This document shows, piece after piece, positions 9,263 to 19,211 of a stretch of DNA of 64,000 nucleotides (its first letter is position 1; each line of letters opens with the position of its first letter). A program made the position numbers and the translations under genes. The stretch is from an uncultured Actinomycetes bacterium (GTDB taxonomy: Bacteria > Actinomycetota > UBA4738 > HRBIN12). The notes below the pieces were generated by a model that searched no databases, was not told the DNA's origin, and saw only the letters and a list, made by a program, of their open reading frames with translations. The stretch covers positions 23,924 to 87,923 of the forward strand of contig CAVVVF010000005.1 of NCBI GenBank assembly GCA_963751665.1, read 5' to 3'.

Positions 9263-11055
9263 GACCACGCTCGGCCCGACCGAACCGGTGAGCGGAACCC
9301 CCAGGCGTTCCAGCGCGATGCCGGCGAGGACCAGGGCGGCCATCCCGCACAGCGGAGCGAGCGCCAGCCGAGCCACGGCGTCAGGTGCGAACGCCGCCGC
9401 CCATCCGTAGCCCGCCACGAACAGGAGCGAGAGGACGGCGAACGTGGCCAGCAGGATCCCACCGGGCGAGGACGGCTCCAGCGGATCGACGGCACGAGGC
9501 GACGCTGGCGGCAGCGCGGTGCTCGCCGAGCCCGCGTCGACGAACACGCCGTCGGCCACCCTCGTCATGGACGGGGGCGGGCGGTCCACCCGGTCGAACG
9601 GCGCGAGCAGGAACGAGAGCGGCGGCAAGCCCGATGCCCGGATGGCCTCCATGGCGTCCGCCGACGTGACGCGAGTGAGGGCGATGCGCTCCCTCGTCGC
9701 GGCCCGGTCGGCCGCTGGGGGAGGGACCACCACGTACGCATCGCGGATGCGATCCGGTGGGAGCGCGGCCCGGATGACGTTCGCTTCCTGCGTGGCCAGG
9801 AACGTCGCGGTGACGTCGCGGTCGTTCACGGCGAAAAGCAGCGGGGTCCCGGGTGGCGCCGCCGCCGCATACCGGCCGGCCGCGGTCACCGCGTCGGCCT
9901 CCGCCGTCGACAGGAAGGGCTCCTGGCGGGCCCACGCGATGAGCGCCCCCGCCGTCATGGCCAGGACGAGCCCTCCGGTCACGGCCGTGGCAACGAGCCG
10001 CCGGGTCGCGAGCACACGCCACAGCCGGACCAGGCCATACCCGCGAGGATGGGGACGACGAAGCCGAACGTGATGAACCGATCGGCGGGGAACAGCCCGG
10101 TCGCCAGGCCGATGAGGGCGCCGCCCAGGCTCACCGTCCCCCAGGCCACCAGGAAGCGCCGGACGAAGCCGCGCGTCTCCCCAAGCCCGTACACGGCGAG
10201 GGGGATCGACGCCCACTCGACGTACCGGGTCCATCGGTGAACCAGCCGGTTCACGTACGCGCTTCGAAGGACGTCGATCAGCCCGGCCGTTCGGAGCATG
10301 CCGTCGCGCGATGTGATCACCGACAGCGGGCCCGGCCCCGCCAGGAGCGCCAGGGCTCCCGCCGCGAAGACGGCGCAGCCCGCGGCCGACGCCGTCGCGA
10401 CCCGGCGGGCCTCCGCCCGGTCGGTTCGCCACGCCAGCGCGGCGGCCATGGCCAGGATGGGGACTCCGAGGAGGAGGAAGAGCGGATGGGCCAGGCCGGC
10501 AGCGCCGAGGAGGAGCCCGGCCGCGACCGTGGCGCGAGGGGTGGCCAGGGCCAGGGCGGTCGCGGCCGCCAGGAACAGCGCCGCGAAGGCCAGGTTTGCC
10601 AGGTACCCGGCGGCCAGGTGCACGGCGAAGGTCCCGGCGAGCACGCCGGCCAACAGCCAGGCCGCCCGGTGCTCCCACGGGTCCTTGGCGCCGAGCACCG
10701 CGTCCGGCCTCGGTTCCGCGTGGCGGTGATGGATGAGCGCCGCGGCGGCGAGCCCCACGCCGGCCCCCAGCACGCACTCCAACGCGGCCAGCACGGCGGA
10801 GAGCGGGAGGTGCAACGTCCCCTGCAGGGCCAGCGCCACCGCGGGAACGCCGGGCCGTGACACGGCCGAGAGCCCGTCGTGGCCTGCCAGCCGGGTCCAC
10901 CACAGGTAGACGGGCCCGTCGGGCCCCACGGGGAACTCGAACCCTCGAACCACGAACAGCCCGACGTACCATGCGAACAGTCCGGCCGCGAGCGCTCCCA
11001 GAGCGATCAGGTCGGTCCGGGTTGCACGGCCTTCGGGGGTACCGGAGCCGTTCAA
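9164..11055 (-). CDS. Polytopic membrane protein, possibly GT-C fold, frameshifted near 10040
   Basis: TTG start overlaps the upstream stop (TTGA). Hydrophobic frame 9979..11124 continues in frame 9164..10972 if one G is restored in GCG-GG-TAT. Confidence 0.65.
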
Positions 11056-11583
11056 CCGGAGGCCGAGAACCGGCCCGACGCGTCGATGGTCGCCATGCCG
11101 TCGGCGCTCTTCAACCCGGTGCACGTGAAGCTCCCGGCGATTTCATTCGCCTTGGCCGTGTCGATCGTGATGTCGCACTCGTCCTTGATCGAGCGGAAGA
11201 ACGCGGTCGCGGCGCCCGTGTCGACGGTGATGACGATCGAGAGCGCGGACGACGTCGGGCGGGTCCCGGTGAACGTGAGACCGGCGATGCCCACCCCTTC
11301 CGACCCCTTCACCCACCGCAGGGCGAACGCCACCGGGCGGCGGCGCATAGGCCGTCGGCGCGGCGAGCGGCGAGGAGAACTCCGCCTCAAGATCGCCCGC
11401 CACCTGTACCGACGCTTCGCCCTGGGAAACGTTGCCGCTTGCGGCGCCGGCAGAGGAGGTGGGCAGCTGGCCCGGGGAGAGGGTCTGGCCGCCAGTCGGT
11501 GTCGGTCCCACCTCGGCACCCCCGTTGCAGGCGGTGGCCGCTCCGGCGAGGCAGACGAGCAGCGCGATGGCCATCCTGTGCAT
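11052..11583 (-). CDS. Putative lipoprotein, frameshifted near 11330
   Basis: Lipobox-like LAGAATA-C. The N-terminal frame joins a beta-rich C-terminal frame ending GRFSASG. Confidence 0.65.
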
Positions 11584-11643
11584 GGGGTCCTTCACCGATC
11601 GGGCTCGGACTGTATCAAGTGGCCGCCGATACAATCCCGGCCC

Positions 11644-13029
11644 ATGCTCGACCGCGAACTCGCCGGCCAGGTCCTCCGAGCGGCGCGGGCCCGGGGCGGG
11701 TCTTTCGCCGAGCTGTTCGTCGAGGAGCGATCCTCGCTCACCATCCGGTTGGACGACGGGAAGATCGAGGAGCTGACCTCCGGCCTGGACCGAGGGGCGG
11801 GGGTGCGGGTCGGCCACGGGACCTCGTTCGGCTACGCGTTCTCCAACCGGCTGGACCCCGACGCGCTGCTCGAGGCGGCTCGGCCGCGGCTGCTGCCGTG
11901 GCCGAGGGCGCCGCCGGCCAGGTGGTCGACCTGCGGGCCCAGGATCCGCCGGTCGTCCACCGGGCCGAGCGACCGGCGGAGGCCGTCCCGGCCGCCGAGA
12001 AGGTGGCGTGGCTGCGCGCGGTCGACGACGTCGCCCGCGCCTTCAGCCCCCACGTCCGCCAGGTGAGCGCGTCCTACGGCGATTCCGTCCAGAAGGTGCT
12101 CGTCGCCACGTCCGACGGACGGTGGGTGGAGGAGTCGCGTCCTCGGATCCGGCTGGGGGTCCAGGTGGTCGCGGGGCGCGACGGCGTCATCCAGACGGGG
12201 TTCCACGGGCCGGCCGGCCTGGCCGGCGTGGAGTTCTTCGACGAGCACCCGCCGGCGAAGACGGCCGAGGTCGCTGCGAAGCGCGCGGTGACGATGCTCG
12301 ACGCCGGACCCGCGCCGGCCGGCGAGATGCCGGTGGTCCTCGCGCCCGGGATGGGCGGCGTGCTGTTCCACGAGGCCTGCGGGCATCCGCTCGAGGCGGA
12401 CATCGTGGACAAGGAGGCGTCGGTCTACCGGGGCCGCATCGGCGAACTGCTCGCGTCGTCGCTCGTCACGGGCGTCGACGACGCGACGATCCCGAACGCG
12501 TGGGGGTCGTTCTCCTTCGACGACGAAGGGGTGCCGGGCCAGCGCACCGTCCTGTTCCAGGACGGTGCGCTGCAGGGCCTGATGTACGACCGCCTCCGGG
12601 CCGAGAAGGACGGCGTGGCCTCGACCGGGAACGGTCGGCGCCAGTCCTACGCGCATCCCCCCATCCCGCGCATGACCAACTCCTACATCCTGAACGGGCC
12701 GTCGAAGGCCGACGACGTCCTCGCGTCGACCGAACGAGGGGTCTACGTCACGGCCTTGGGCGGCGGACAGACCAACCCGGCCTCCGGCGATTTCGTGTTC
12801 GGCGTCTCGGAGGGGTACCTCATCGAAGGAGGCAAGGTCACGTCGCCCGTTCGCGGGCGCCAACCTCACCGGCAGGGCCATCGAGGTCATGTCCGCGGTC
12901 GATGCCGTGGCCGACGACTTCGACACCTGGGAGGGCGTGTGCGGCAAGGACGGCCAGGGCGTGCCGGTGGGGAGCGGGTCGCCCACGCTTCGCATCGCCC
13001 GGATCACCGTGGGCGGCACTGGTGGCTGA
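11644..13029 (+). CDS. tldD: TldD metalloprotease, with two compensating frameshifts (about 11880 and 12857)
   Basis: GGSFAELFVE, GAGVRV, FHEACGH zinc motif, DDEG, PIPRMTN, CGKDGQGVPV, ITVGG. TACAAT 8 nt upstream of the ATG. Confidence 0.9.
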
Positions 13030-14371
13030 ACGCGTGGCCGACCTGGCCGATCTGTCCGCTGCCGCGGTCGAGGCCGCTGCCGACCACGAGGCGGTGGAGG
13101 CCTACGCGGAGGAATCCAGGCGCACGGAGGTCACCGCGCACAAGGGCGAGGTCGAGGGGCTCACGTTCGCCGAGTCACTGGGGGTCGGGATCCGTTTGAT
13201 CGCGAACGGCCGGCTCGGCTACGCCTACGCCGCCGACCCGTCGCTCGACGAGGTTCGGGAGGCCGTCGCCCGGGCACGCGAGAACGCCGAGCTCGCCACG
13301 GAGGACGAGTTCAACGCGCTCCCTCCGGCGAAGCCGGTCGAGCCGATCGCGGCGCTGTTCCGGCAGGACCAGGCGACGCTCCCCACCGAGCGCAAGGTGA
13401 GCGTGGCCCTGGACCTCGAACACCTCGCGGTCTCTGCCGATCCGCGCGTGACCAAGGTCGACCAGGCCGGGTATGGCGACGCCGTGTCGCGGGTGGCCAT
13501 CGCGTCCACGGCCGGCGTGACCGCCGAGTACGGGCGCACGGACTGCTGGGCCGTCGTCTCGGCGCTCGCGGAAGGAGACGGCGAGACGCAGGCCGGGTGG
13601 TCGTTCCGCGTGGCCCGGGAGCTCGGCGAGCTCGATTGGGGATCGGTGGCCCAGGAGGCTGTCGAGCGGTCGGCCCGACTGCTCGGGGCGGTCAAGCCGG
13701 CGTCGGGGCGCGTGCCGGTCGTGTTGGATCCGTTCGCCGGGTCCTCGTTCCTCGGGGTCCTGGCCGGAGCCCTGTCGGCCGAGTCGGTGCAGAAGCAGCG
13801 GTCCCTGTTCGCCGGCCTCCTCGGACAACCGGTGGGCTCGCCCCTGCTGACGCTGGTGGACGACGGGCGCACGCTCGACGGGCCGGCCGCGGCGCCGTTC
13901 GACGACGAGGGGGTGCCGACGGGCCGGACCGAGCTGATCGCCCGCGGCACGCTGATGGCATTCCTCCACAACACGTACACGGCCAGGCGAGGGGGGACCG
14001 ACTCGACCGGCAACGCCAAGCGCGGCGGCTACCGGACGCCGCCGGGTGTGGGGACGACGAACTTCTTCGTGCAACCGAGGGCCAGTCCGATCTCCGACAT
14101 CCTTCGCCAGGCCGAGGGCGGCGTGCTGATCCAGGACGTGTCGGGAGTCCACTCCGGGGCCAACCCGATCAGCGGCGAGTTCTCGGTGGGGGCCACCGGC
14201 CTTCGCATCGCGAACGGGGAGCTGGGCGAACCGCTCCGGGAGATGACCGTCGCCAGCACCGTGCCGGAGATGCTGAAGGGCATCGCCGCGGTCGGCGACG
14301 ACCTCCGGTTCTTCACCTCGGTGGGCGTCCCCACCATCCTGATCGCGGAGATGACGGTGGCCGGCGTCTAG
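13022..14371 (+). CDS. pmbA: PmbA/TldE partner subunit
   Basis: Overlaps the tldD end. GVGIR..GRLG, PFDDEG, STGNA, ANPISGEFSVG motifs, no HExxH. Confidence 0.88.
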   Translation: MAERVADLADLSAAAVEAAADHEAVEAYAEESRRTEVTAHKGEVEGLTFAESLGVGIRLIANGRLGYAYAADPSLDEVREAVARARENAELATEDEFNALPPAKPVEPIAALFRQDQATLPTERKVSVALDLEHLAVSADPRVTKVDQAGYGDAVSRVAIASTAGVTAEYGRTDCWAVVSALAEGDGETQAGWSFRVARELGELDWGSVAQEAVERSARLLGAVKPASGRVPVVLDPFAGSSFLGVLAGALSAESVQKQRSLFAGLLGQPVGSPLLTLVDDGRTLDGPAAAPFDDEGVPTGRTELIARGTLMAFLHNTYTARRGGTDSTGNAKRGGYRTPPGVGTTNFFVQPRASPISDILRQAEGGVLIQDVSGVHSGANPISGEFSVGATGLRIANGELGEPLREMTVASTVPEMLKGIAAVGDDLRFFTSVGVPTILIAEMTVAGV

Positions 14372-14383
14372 TTCGCCGCCGAC

Positions 14384-14414
14384 CCGGCGGGGCGGAGGGG
14401 GCTCGCCCCGCCGG
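14384..14414. terminator. GC-rich hairpin between convergent genes
   Basis: CCGGCGGGGCG / CGCCCCGCCGG 11-bp stem. Confidence 0.5.
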
Positions 14415-14425
14415 TGGCGATGACG

Positions 14426-15022
14426 CTACGAACCTTCGATGTGTCCGTTCCCGTGGCCGTGGCCGCCGCTCGTGGCACCCTCGACGTCGTGCGGGTTGCC
14501 GTGGACCTTGTCCGGCTTGCCCGGCTTCCCGGGCTTGCCGTCGGGCCACTTGTCGGCGAACTTCTGCTCCAACCACAGCTCGTGCTCGTAGTGGCGTTGC
14601 CAGTTCAGGCCGTGGTGATACAGCGCGTTCATCAGGCCGTCGTTGGGGTGGTCCGCGCAGTTTTGAAGGAGGACCCGGACCGACTGGACCATGTGGCTGG
14701 TCTGCCCGGACTCGAGCCCGTCCACGAGCGCGCCGAACGCGTCCGTGGTCTGCTGGTCGCCGAGATCGGCCTGGCCCAGGAAGGCCGTCCCGCAGTCGTT
14801 CTGGACAGTGCTGAAGAAGTCCTCGACCCGCTGGCGCTCCTGGACCGGGTCGACTTGTTGCTGGCAATCGGGGGTGGTGGCCGTGCAGTCGGTGGTCTGT
14901 TGCTCGAACGGGGGGCCAGAGAACGTTCGAGCGAACGCCATGCCGGCTCCTGCAACGATCAGCAGTGACCCGAACACGATCACCAGGGACCGCCATAGGC
15001 GAAGCTTCGATCTCTTGTCCAT
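14426..15022 (-). CDS. Exported or membrane-anchored hypothetical protein with 4 Cys and a low-complexity GKP/His tail
   Basis: N-terminal hydrophobic helix and plausible codon usage. Confidence 0.7.
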   Translation of the reverse strand: MDKRSKLRLWRSLVIVFGSLLIVAGAGMAFARTFSGPPFEQQTTDCTATTPDCQQQVDPVQERQRVEDFFSTVQNDCGTAFLGQADLGDQQTTDAFGALVDGLESGQTSHMVQSVRVLLQNCADHPNDGLMNALYHHGLNWQRHYEHELWLEQKFADKWPDGKPGKPGKPDKVHGNPHDVEGATSGGHGHGNGHIEGS

Positions 15023-15160
15023 GGCTCCGAGTATCGGCCAGGGGTGTGCAAGCTCAGTACGGCTGTCTGGCCATTTCTGCCGCTCCGAGGGGGACTGCCG
15101 GCGGCCCTCAGGCCGGGTGCTCGGGGGAGGCCGGGAGACCTAAGGGCTGTGGGCCGCCGG

Positions 15161-16006
15161 CTAGAGGCCGCTCGCGGGCCTCACGTCTGCGACGATCACC
15201 GCGAACACGACGGCGGCAACCGCGATCCGGTACGCCAGGAAGACCACGAACGAGTGGCGCCGCAGGTACGCGAGCAGGAACGAGATCACCAGGAACCCGC
15301 TCACGGCCGACGAGACCATGCCCCATAGGAAGGGCCACCCCATGCCGGGGGGGAGGCCGGTCCGCGCGACGTCGATGCCCTTGAGGGCCCCGGCTCCCGC
15401 GATGATGGGGAGCGCGAGCAGGAACGAGAACCTCGCCGCGGACTCCCGATCCAGTCCGAGGGCCCGCCCCGCGGTGATGGTCACGCCGGAGCGGGACACC
15501 CCGGGCTGGAGCGCCACCGCCTGCGCCACGCCCAACACCAGCCCGTCACGCACGGACAGATCCGCCATGCGTCGACGGATCGGAGCGACCGAGTCCACGA
15601 CGACGAGGATGACGCCGAAGGCGACCAGCATCACCGCGATCAACCATGGCTGGCCCAGCTTGTCCTCGATCACGGTCTCGAACAGGGCCCCGGCGAGCGC
15701 GCCGGGGATGGTCCCCACGACCAGCGCCCAGGCCAGCCGCTCGTCGATGGTGGCGATGGAACGGCGCCGGATGGAACCGGCCCATGCCGCGAGGTACCGC
15801 ACCACGTCGTGGCGGAAGTACACGAGCGCGCCGATCAACGTCCCCACGTGGAGCGCGACGTCGAAGGTCTTGTTGAGCTCGGGGTTCTGCAGGATGGTCC
15901 ATCCGAAGAGCCACGGCACGATGATGAGGTGGCCCGAGCTCGAGACCGGCGCGAACTCGGTGACTCCCTGGGTGATGCCGAGCACGATGGCCTGCAGGAT
16001 GCTCGT
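15161..16006 (-). CDS. uppP: Undecaprenyl-diphosphatase (BacA/UppP)
   Basis: QGVTEFAPVSSSGH and PGVSRSG motifs. The apparent start is ACG at 16006, after a GGAAGGGA SD. Confidence 0.92.
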   Translation of the reverse strand, partial: TSILQAIVLGITQGVTEFAPVSSSGHLIIVPWLFGWTILQNPELNKTFDVALHVGTLIGALVYFRHDVVRYLAAWAGSIRRRSIATIDERLAWALVVGTIPGALAGALFETVIEDKLGQPWLIAVMLVAFGVILVVVDSVAPIRRRMADLSVRDGLVLGVAQAVALQPGVSRSGVTITAGRALGLDRESAARFSFLLALPIIAGAGALKGIDVARTGLPPGMGWPFLWGMVSSAVSGFLVISFLLAYLRRHSFVVFLAYRIAVAAVVFAVIVADVRPASGL

Positions 16007-16056
16007 AGCGGTCCCTTCCGGCGAGGCAAACGGCGCTGATGCTACCCGGCTCCGCC

Positions 16057-16717
16057 TTATGCTGGCCCCGCGATGGCGATGGCGAGGTCGGCGAAGGCTG
16101 TGGCGTAGGCCAGGCGTTCGGCTTGCTCCGAGCTGACCAGGAGCACCAGTGAGGAGCCCGGACGATGAGCCGGACGTGAGGCCGGTCGTCCCTTCAGCGC
16201 CCTCGTCCCCGAGCAACAGCAACACCTCGAGGCCGGTGGCGACGGTCTCGGTGTGGGGGTGAGGCCCGCCGAAGGTGGCGTACAGGTCGACGCGGTCGCC
16301 GGCACGAACGGCGCCCGGTGGAACCGCCGCGTCCACGGGGAACGCGAGCAACCCCGATGGGACCAACGACGCGACCGGACCCGCCTCGGCTGCGCCGAGG
16401 CGGGTCCGCGTCACCGGCTCGCCTTCGGCCACGTCGGACCCGACGGTCTCCCCGACGGCGAGCGACACCGACCGAAGCGCCCCCGGCGGCGCGAACGAGG
16501 ACGGCATCTCGGCGACGCGGAGCATCGACTCGGTGAGGACCGTTCCCCGCTCGATCGGGGCGGCGGCCACCACGACCGGTTGCATCGTGCCGACCACCGG
16601 GCGAAGCGCTTCCAGCCGAGCCGCGTACCCCTGGACGAGCCCGTAGGCCGCCACCGCCGCCACGACCGCTAACAACGCGAAGGCCTTCGACGTCGCCGAC
16701 CACCGGCGCCGGAACAC
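16057..16717 (-). CDS. SAF-domain / Flp pilus assembly CpaB-like protein, frameshifted near 16150
   Basis: VVVAAAPIERG, GDRVDLY, C-terminus LVLLVSSEQAERLAYA in the shifted frame. Confidence 0.78.
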
Positions 16718-16793
16718 GCATCACCCCCCAGTAAGCGAGTAGGGAGAGCGGCCCGACGCTAATGGATGCGCCGGTCGCGTGCCGTGAGGCGGA

Positions 16794-16970
16794 TCACACT
16801 CTCCGGGGCTTCTTCTCCCCGAGGGGCAGGACCCGGACCCGGAACTCCTCCAGGGCCGGCTGGCCTACGATCTGGGCGACGGACTCGCGGATCCGATCCC
16901 CGAGCTGCTGCGGGTCCAACGACGTCTTGAAGCGGAGCTCGACGGTGACGAGGACTGGTTCGGTGGCCAT
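16794..16970 (-). CDS. 58-aa hypothetical protein (MATEPVLVTVELRFK...)
   Basis: TACGAT -10 element 6 nt before the ATG (leaderless pattern) and good high-GC codon usage. Confidence 0.65.
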   Translation of the reverse strand: MATEPVLVTVELRFKTSLDPQQLGDRIRESVAQIVGQPALEEFRVRVLPLGEKKPRRV

Positions 16971-16991
16971 GGCCCCATCGTACCCGCGCCG

Positions 16992-17786
16992 CTAGACCTC
17001 GAACCGTGCTCCCTGGAGCGCGGTGGCGCATGGGCAATCCCGCTCCTTCGGGAGCGCGGGGATCGATGCGAACAGCAGCTCACGGAGTCGTGCGTTGTTC
17101 CGCTCGAAGACCTCGATCACCGCCTCGTGCGTGACCGGCTGGACTCCCGGCACCCCGACGTCGTAATCGGTGATGAGCGAGACGTTCGCATAACAGATCT
17201 CCAACTCTCGCGCGAGGAGCGCTTCGGGATACCCCGTCATGTTCAGCGTGTGCCATCCCATCTGGTTGAACCAGGTCGACTCGGCGCGTGTGGAGAAGCG
17301 CGGACCCTCGATGACGACCATCGTCCCGCCGTCGTGCATGGAGATGCCGAGCTCGGTCCCCTCCTTCACCGCCACCTCGCGCATCGTGGGGCAGTAGGGG
17401 TCGGCGAAGGCGATGTGCGTCGTGATGGGACCGTCGTAGAACGTGTGCGGCCGCGAGCGGGTCCGGTCCACGAGCTGGTCGCAGACCACGAAGTCACCGA
17501 TCTGCACGCCCGGCTGGAGCGAGCCGGCGGCGCACGGCCCCCAGATCCGCTGGACGCCGAGCTCCTTCATGGCCCACAGGTTGGCCCGGTAGTTGATCCG
17601 GTGCGGCGGGAACTCGTGTTTCACCCCATGGCGGGGGATGAACGCGACCGGGCGGCCACCGATCTCGCCGATCACTGGGGAGGCGGACGGACTGCCGTAC
17701 GGCGTGTCCACGTCCACGGCTTCCGAGGACTCCAGGAACGAGTGGAACCCGGACCCCCCGAAGACGCCGATCTCCGCTGTGCTCAG
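16992..17786 (-). CDS. mtnP: S-methyl-5'-thioadenosine phosphorylase
   Basis: IGVFGGSG, TPYG, PRHG, NYRAN, EGPRFSTRAES, TDYD. The apparent start is CTG, overlapping the FmdB stop (CTGA). Confidence 0.92.
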   Translation of the reverse strand: MSTAEIGVFGGSGFHSFLESSEAVDVDTPYGSPSASPVIGEIGGRPVAFIPRHGVKHEFPPHRINYRANLWAMKELGVQRIWGPCAAGSLQPGVQIGDFVVCDQLVDRTRSRPHTFYDGPITTHIAFADPYCPTMREVAVKEGTELGISMHDGGTMVVIEGPRFSTRAESTWFNQMGWHTLNMTGYPEALLARELEICYANVSLITDYDVGVPGVQPVTHEAVIEVFERNNARLRELLFASIPALPKERDCPCATALQGARFEV

Positions 17787-18127
17787 GCGCTCTTCTCCTG
17801 GGCGCTGCCCGTCGTGGCCTTCTCGCCGGCCGGTTTTGTATCGCCTTTCGAGTCGCCTTTCGAGTCGCCTTTCGAGTCGCCTTTCGAGTCGCCCTTTGAC
17901 TCGGGCTTCGACTCCGGGTGCTTCGTCTCGGAGGAACCGGCGGCGGACTTGGACCGGCTGTCCGTGGCGTAGAAGCCCGATCCCTTGAACACGATCCCGG
18001 CCGGGTGGAACACCTTCCGAAGCGGTCCCCCGCACACCCCGCAGGTCGTGAGCGGTGGTTCGCTGATCCGCTGGAACACCTCGACGTGCTGTCCGCACTT
18101 CGTACAGGCGTACTCGTAGGTGGGCAT
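17783..18127 (-). CDS. FmdB-family zinc-ribbon protein
   Basis: MPTYEYACTKC..CGVCGG..GIVFKGSGFYATD. Confidence 0.93.
   Translation of the reverse strand: MPTYEYACTKCGQHVEVFQRISEPPLTTCGVCGGPLRKVFHPAGIVFKGSGFYATDSRSKSAAGSSETKHPESKPESKGDSKGDSKGDSKGDSKGDTKPAGEKATTGSAQEKSA
17841..17900. repeat. 12-bp coding tandem repeat TCGCCTTTCGAG x4 plus one degenerate copy (SKGD repeats)
   Basis: Read directly, in the FmdB tail. Confidence 0.9.
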
Positions 18128-18296
18128 CGTGCATCGATTCTATCGGAGCGGGGTATCCATCCAGCCAAGTGAGGGGTTTGAAAGGGGTCCGTCCGCGGGA
18201 GGGGAACACGCTGCGAGTCCACACTAGGGCGACCGGGCGACTGGAGCGCCGTGGGCGGCCCGGAGTAGACTCACCTACCCTTTGGGGGGAGGTCCC

Positions 18297-19175
18297 ATGA
18301 AGGTCAGGAAGGCCGTCATCCCCGCCGCCGGCCTGGGGACCCGTTTCCTCCCGGCCACCAAGGCACAGCCCAAGGAGATGCTCCCGGTGGTCGACAAGCC
18401 GGCCATCCAGTACGTGGTGGAAGAGGCCGTGCGGGCGGGGCTGAACGACATCCTGATCATCACCGGTCGGGGCAAGCGCTCCATCGAGGACCACTTCGAC
18501 CGGTCGGTCGAGCTGGAGAACTTCCTGGAGGCCAGAGGGAAGTTCGACGAGCTGAAGGAGGTCCGCGAGATCTCCGAGATGGCCACTATCCACTACATCC
18601 GCCAGCGCGATCCCCTCGGCCTGGGCCACGCAGTACTGGTGGCCGAGGACCACGTCGCCGGCGAGCCCTTCGCCGTCCTGCTCGGAGACGACCTGATCGC
18701 CGGGACCACGCCGCTCCTCCAGGAGATGCTGCGGATCCACGAGCGGTACGGCCGGAGCGTCATCGCGGTCCAGGAGGTGGCCCGGGACGAGATCGGCCTG
18801 TACGGCTCGATCGAGCCCGAGTTCGTCGAGGAGCGCCTGGCCCGCGTGGTCTCGATCGTGGAGAAGCCCGCCCCGGACGAGGCTCCTTCCAACCTGGCGG
18901 CGATCGGCCGCTACGTGCTGACGCCGGAGATCTTCGACAGCCTGCGCGCCGTGGAGCCCGGCAAGGGCGGCGAGATTCAGCTCACGGACGCCATCAACTA
19001 CCTGGCCCAGGAACAGGCCGTATACGCCTACGTCTTCGAGAACGGCCGGTTCGACGTGGGCAACAAGCTGGACTACCTGAAGGCCACGATCGAGCTCGCC
19101 GTGGATCGAGAGGACGTGGGCAGGGAAATCCGCGAGTACCTGGCGGACCTGGTGCAGCGCAAGAAGATCCTGTAA
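18297..19175 (+). CDS. galU: UTP-glucose-1-phosphate uridylyltransferase
   Basis: KAVIPAAGLGTRFLPATKAQPKEMLP, GLGHAV, VEKP, GEIQLTDA. Confidence 0.97.
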   Translation: MKVRKAVIPAAGLGTRFLPATKAQPKEMLPVVDKPAIQYVVEEAVRAGLNDILIITGRGKRSIEDHFDRSVELENFLEARGKFDELKEVREISEMATIHYIRQRDPLGLGHAVLVAEDHVAGEPFAVLLGDDLIAGTTPLLQEMLRIHERYGRSVIAVQEVARDEIGLYGSIEPEFVEERLARVVSIVEKPAPDEAPSNLAAIGRYVLTPEIFDSLRAVEPGKGGEIQLTDAINYLAQEQAVYAYVFENGRFDVGNKLDYLKATIELAVDREDVGREIREYLADLVQRKKIL

Positions 19176-19211
19176 CGGCCCGCTTCCAGCCCGGTCGGTA
19201 GACTGCCCGGG

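Noticed and set aside
11644-13029. Programmed frameshifting in tldD (and other broken genes)
   Set aside because: No slippery heptamer or stimulatory structure seen. Indels are widespread and better explained as errors.
11644-14371. TldD/PmbA as the leader protease of the 42-aa peptide system
   Set aside because: 10 kb away and separated by unrelated genes. tldDE are common housekeeping genes.
15161-16717. 518-aa CpaB-UppP fusion in the ORF track
   Set aside because: It arises from a frameshift near 16150. The CpaB C-terminus and stop (16057) are in another frame, and uppP has its own SD.
17841-17900. Short repeat array as a possible CRISPR
   Set aside because: 12-bp head-to-tail units with no spacers, in frame within the FmdB tail, and no cas genes.
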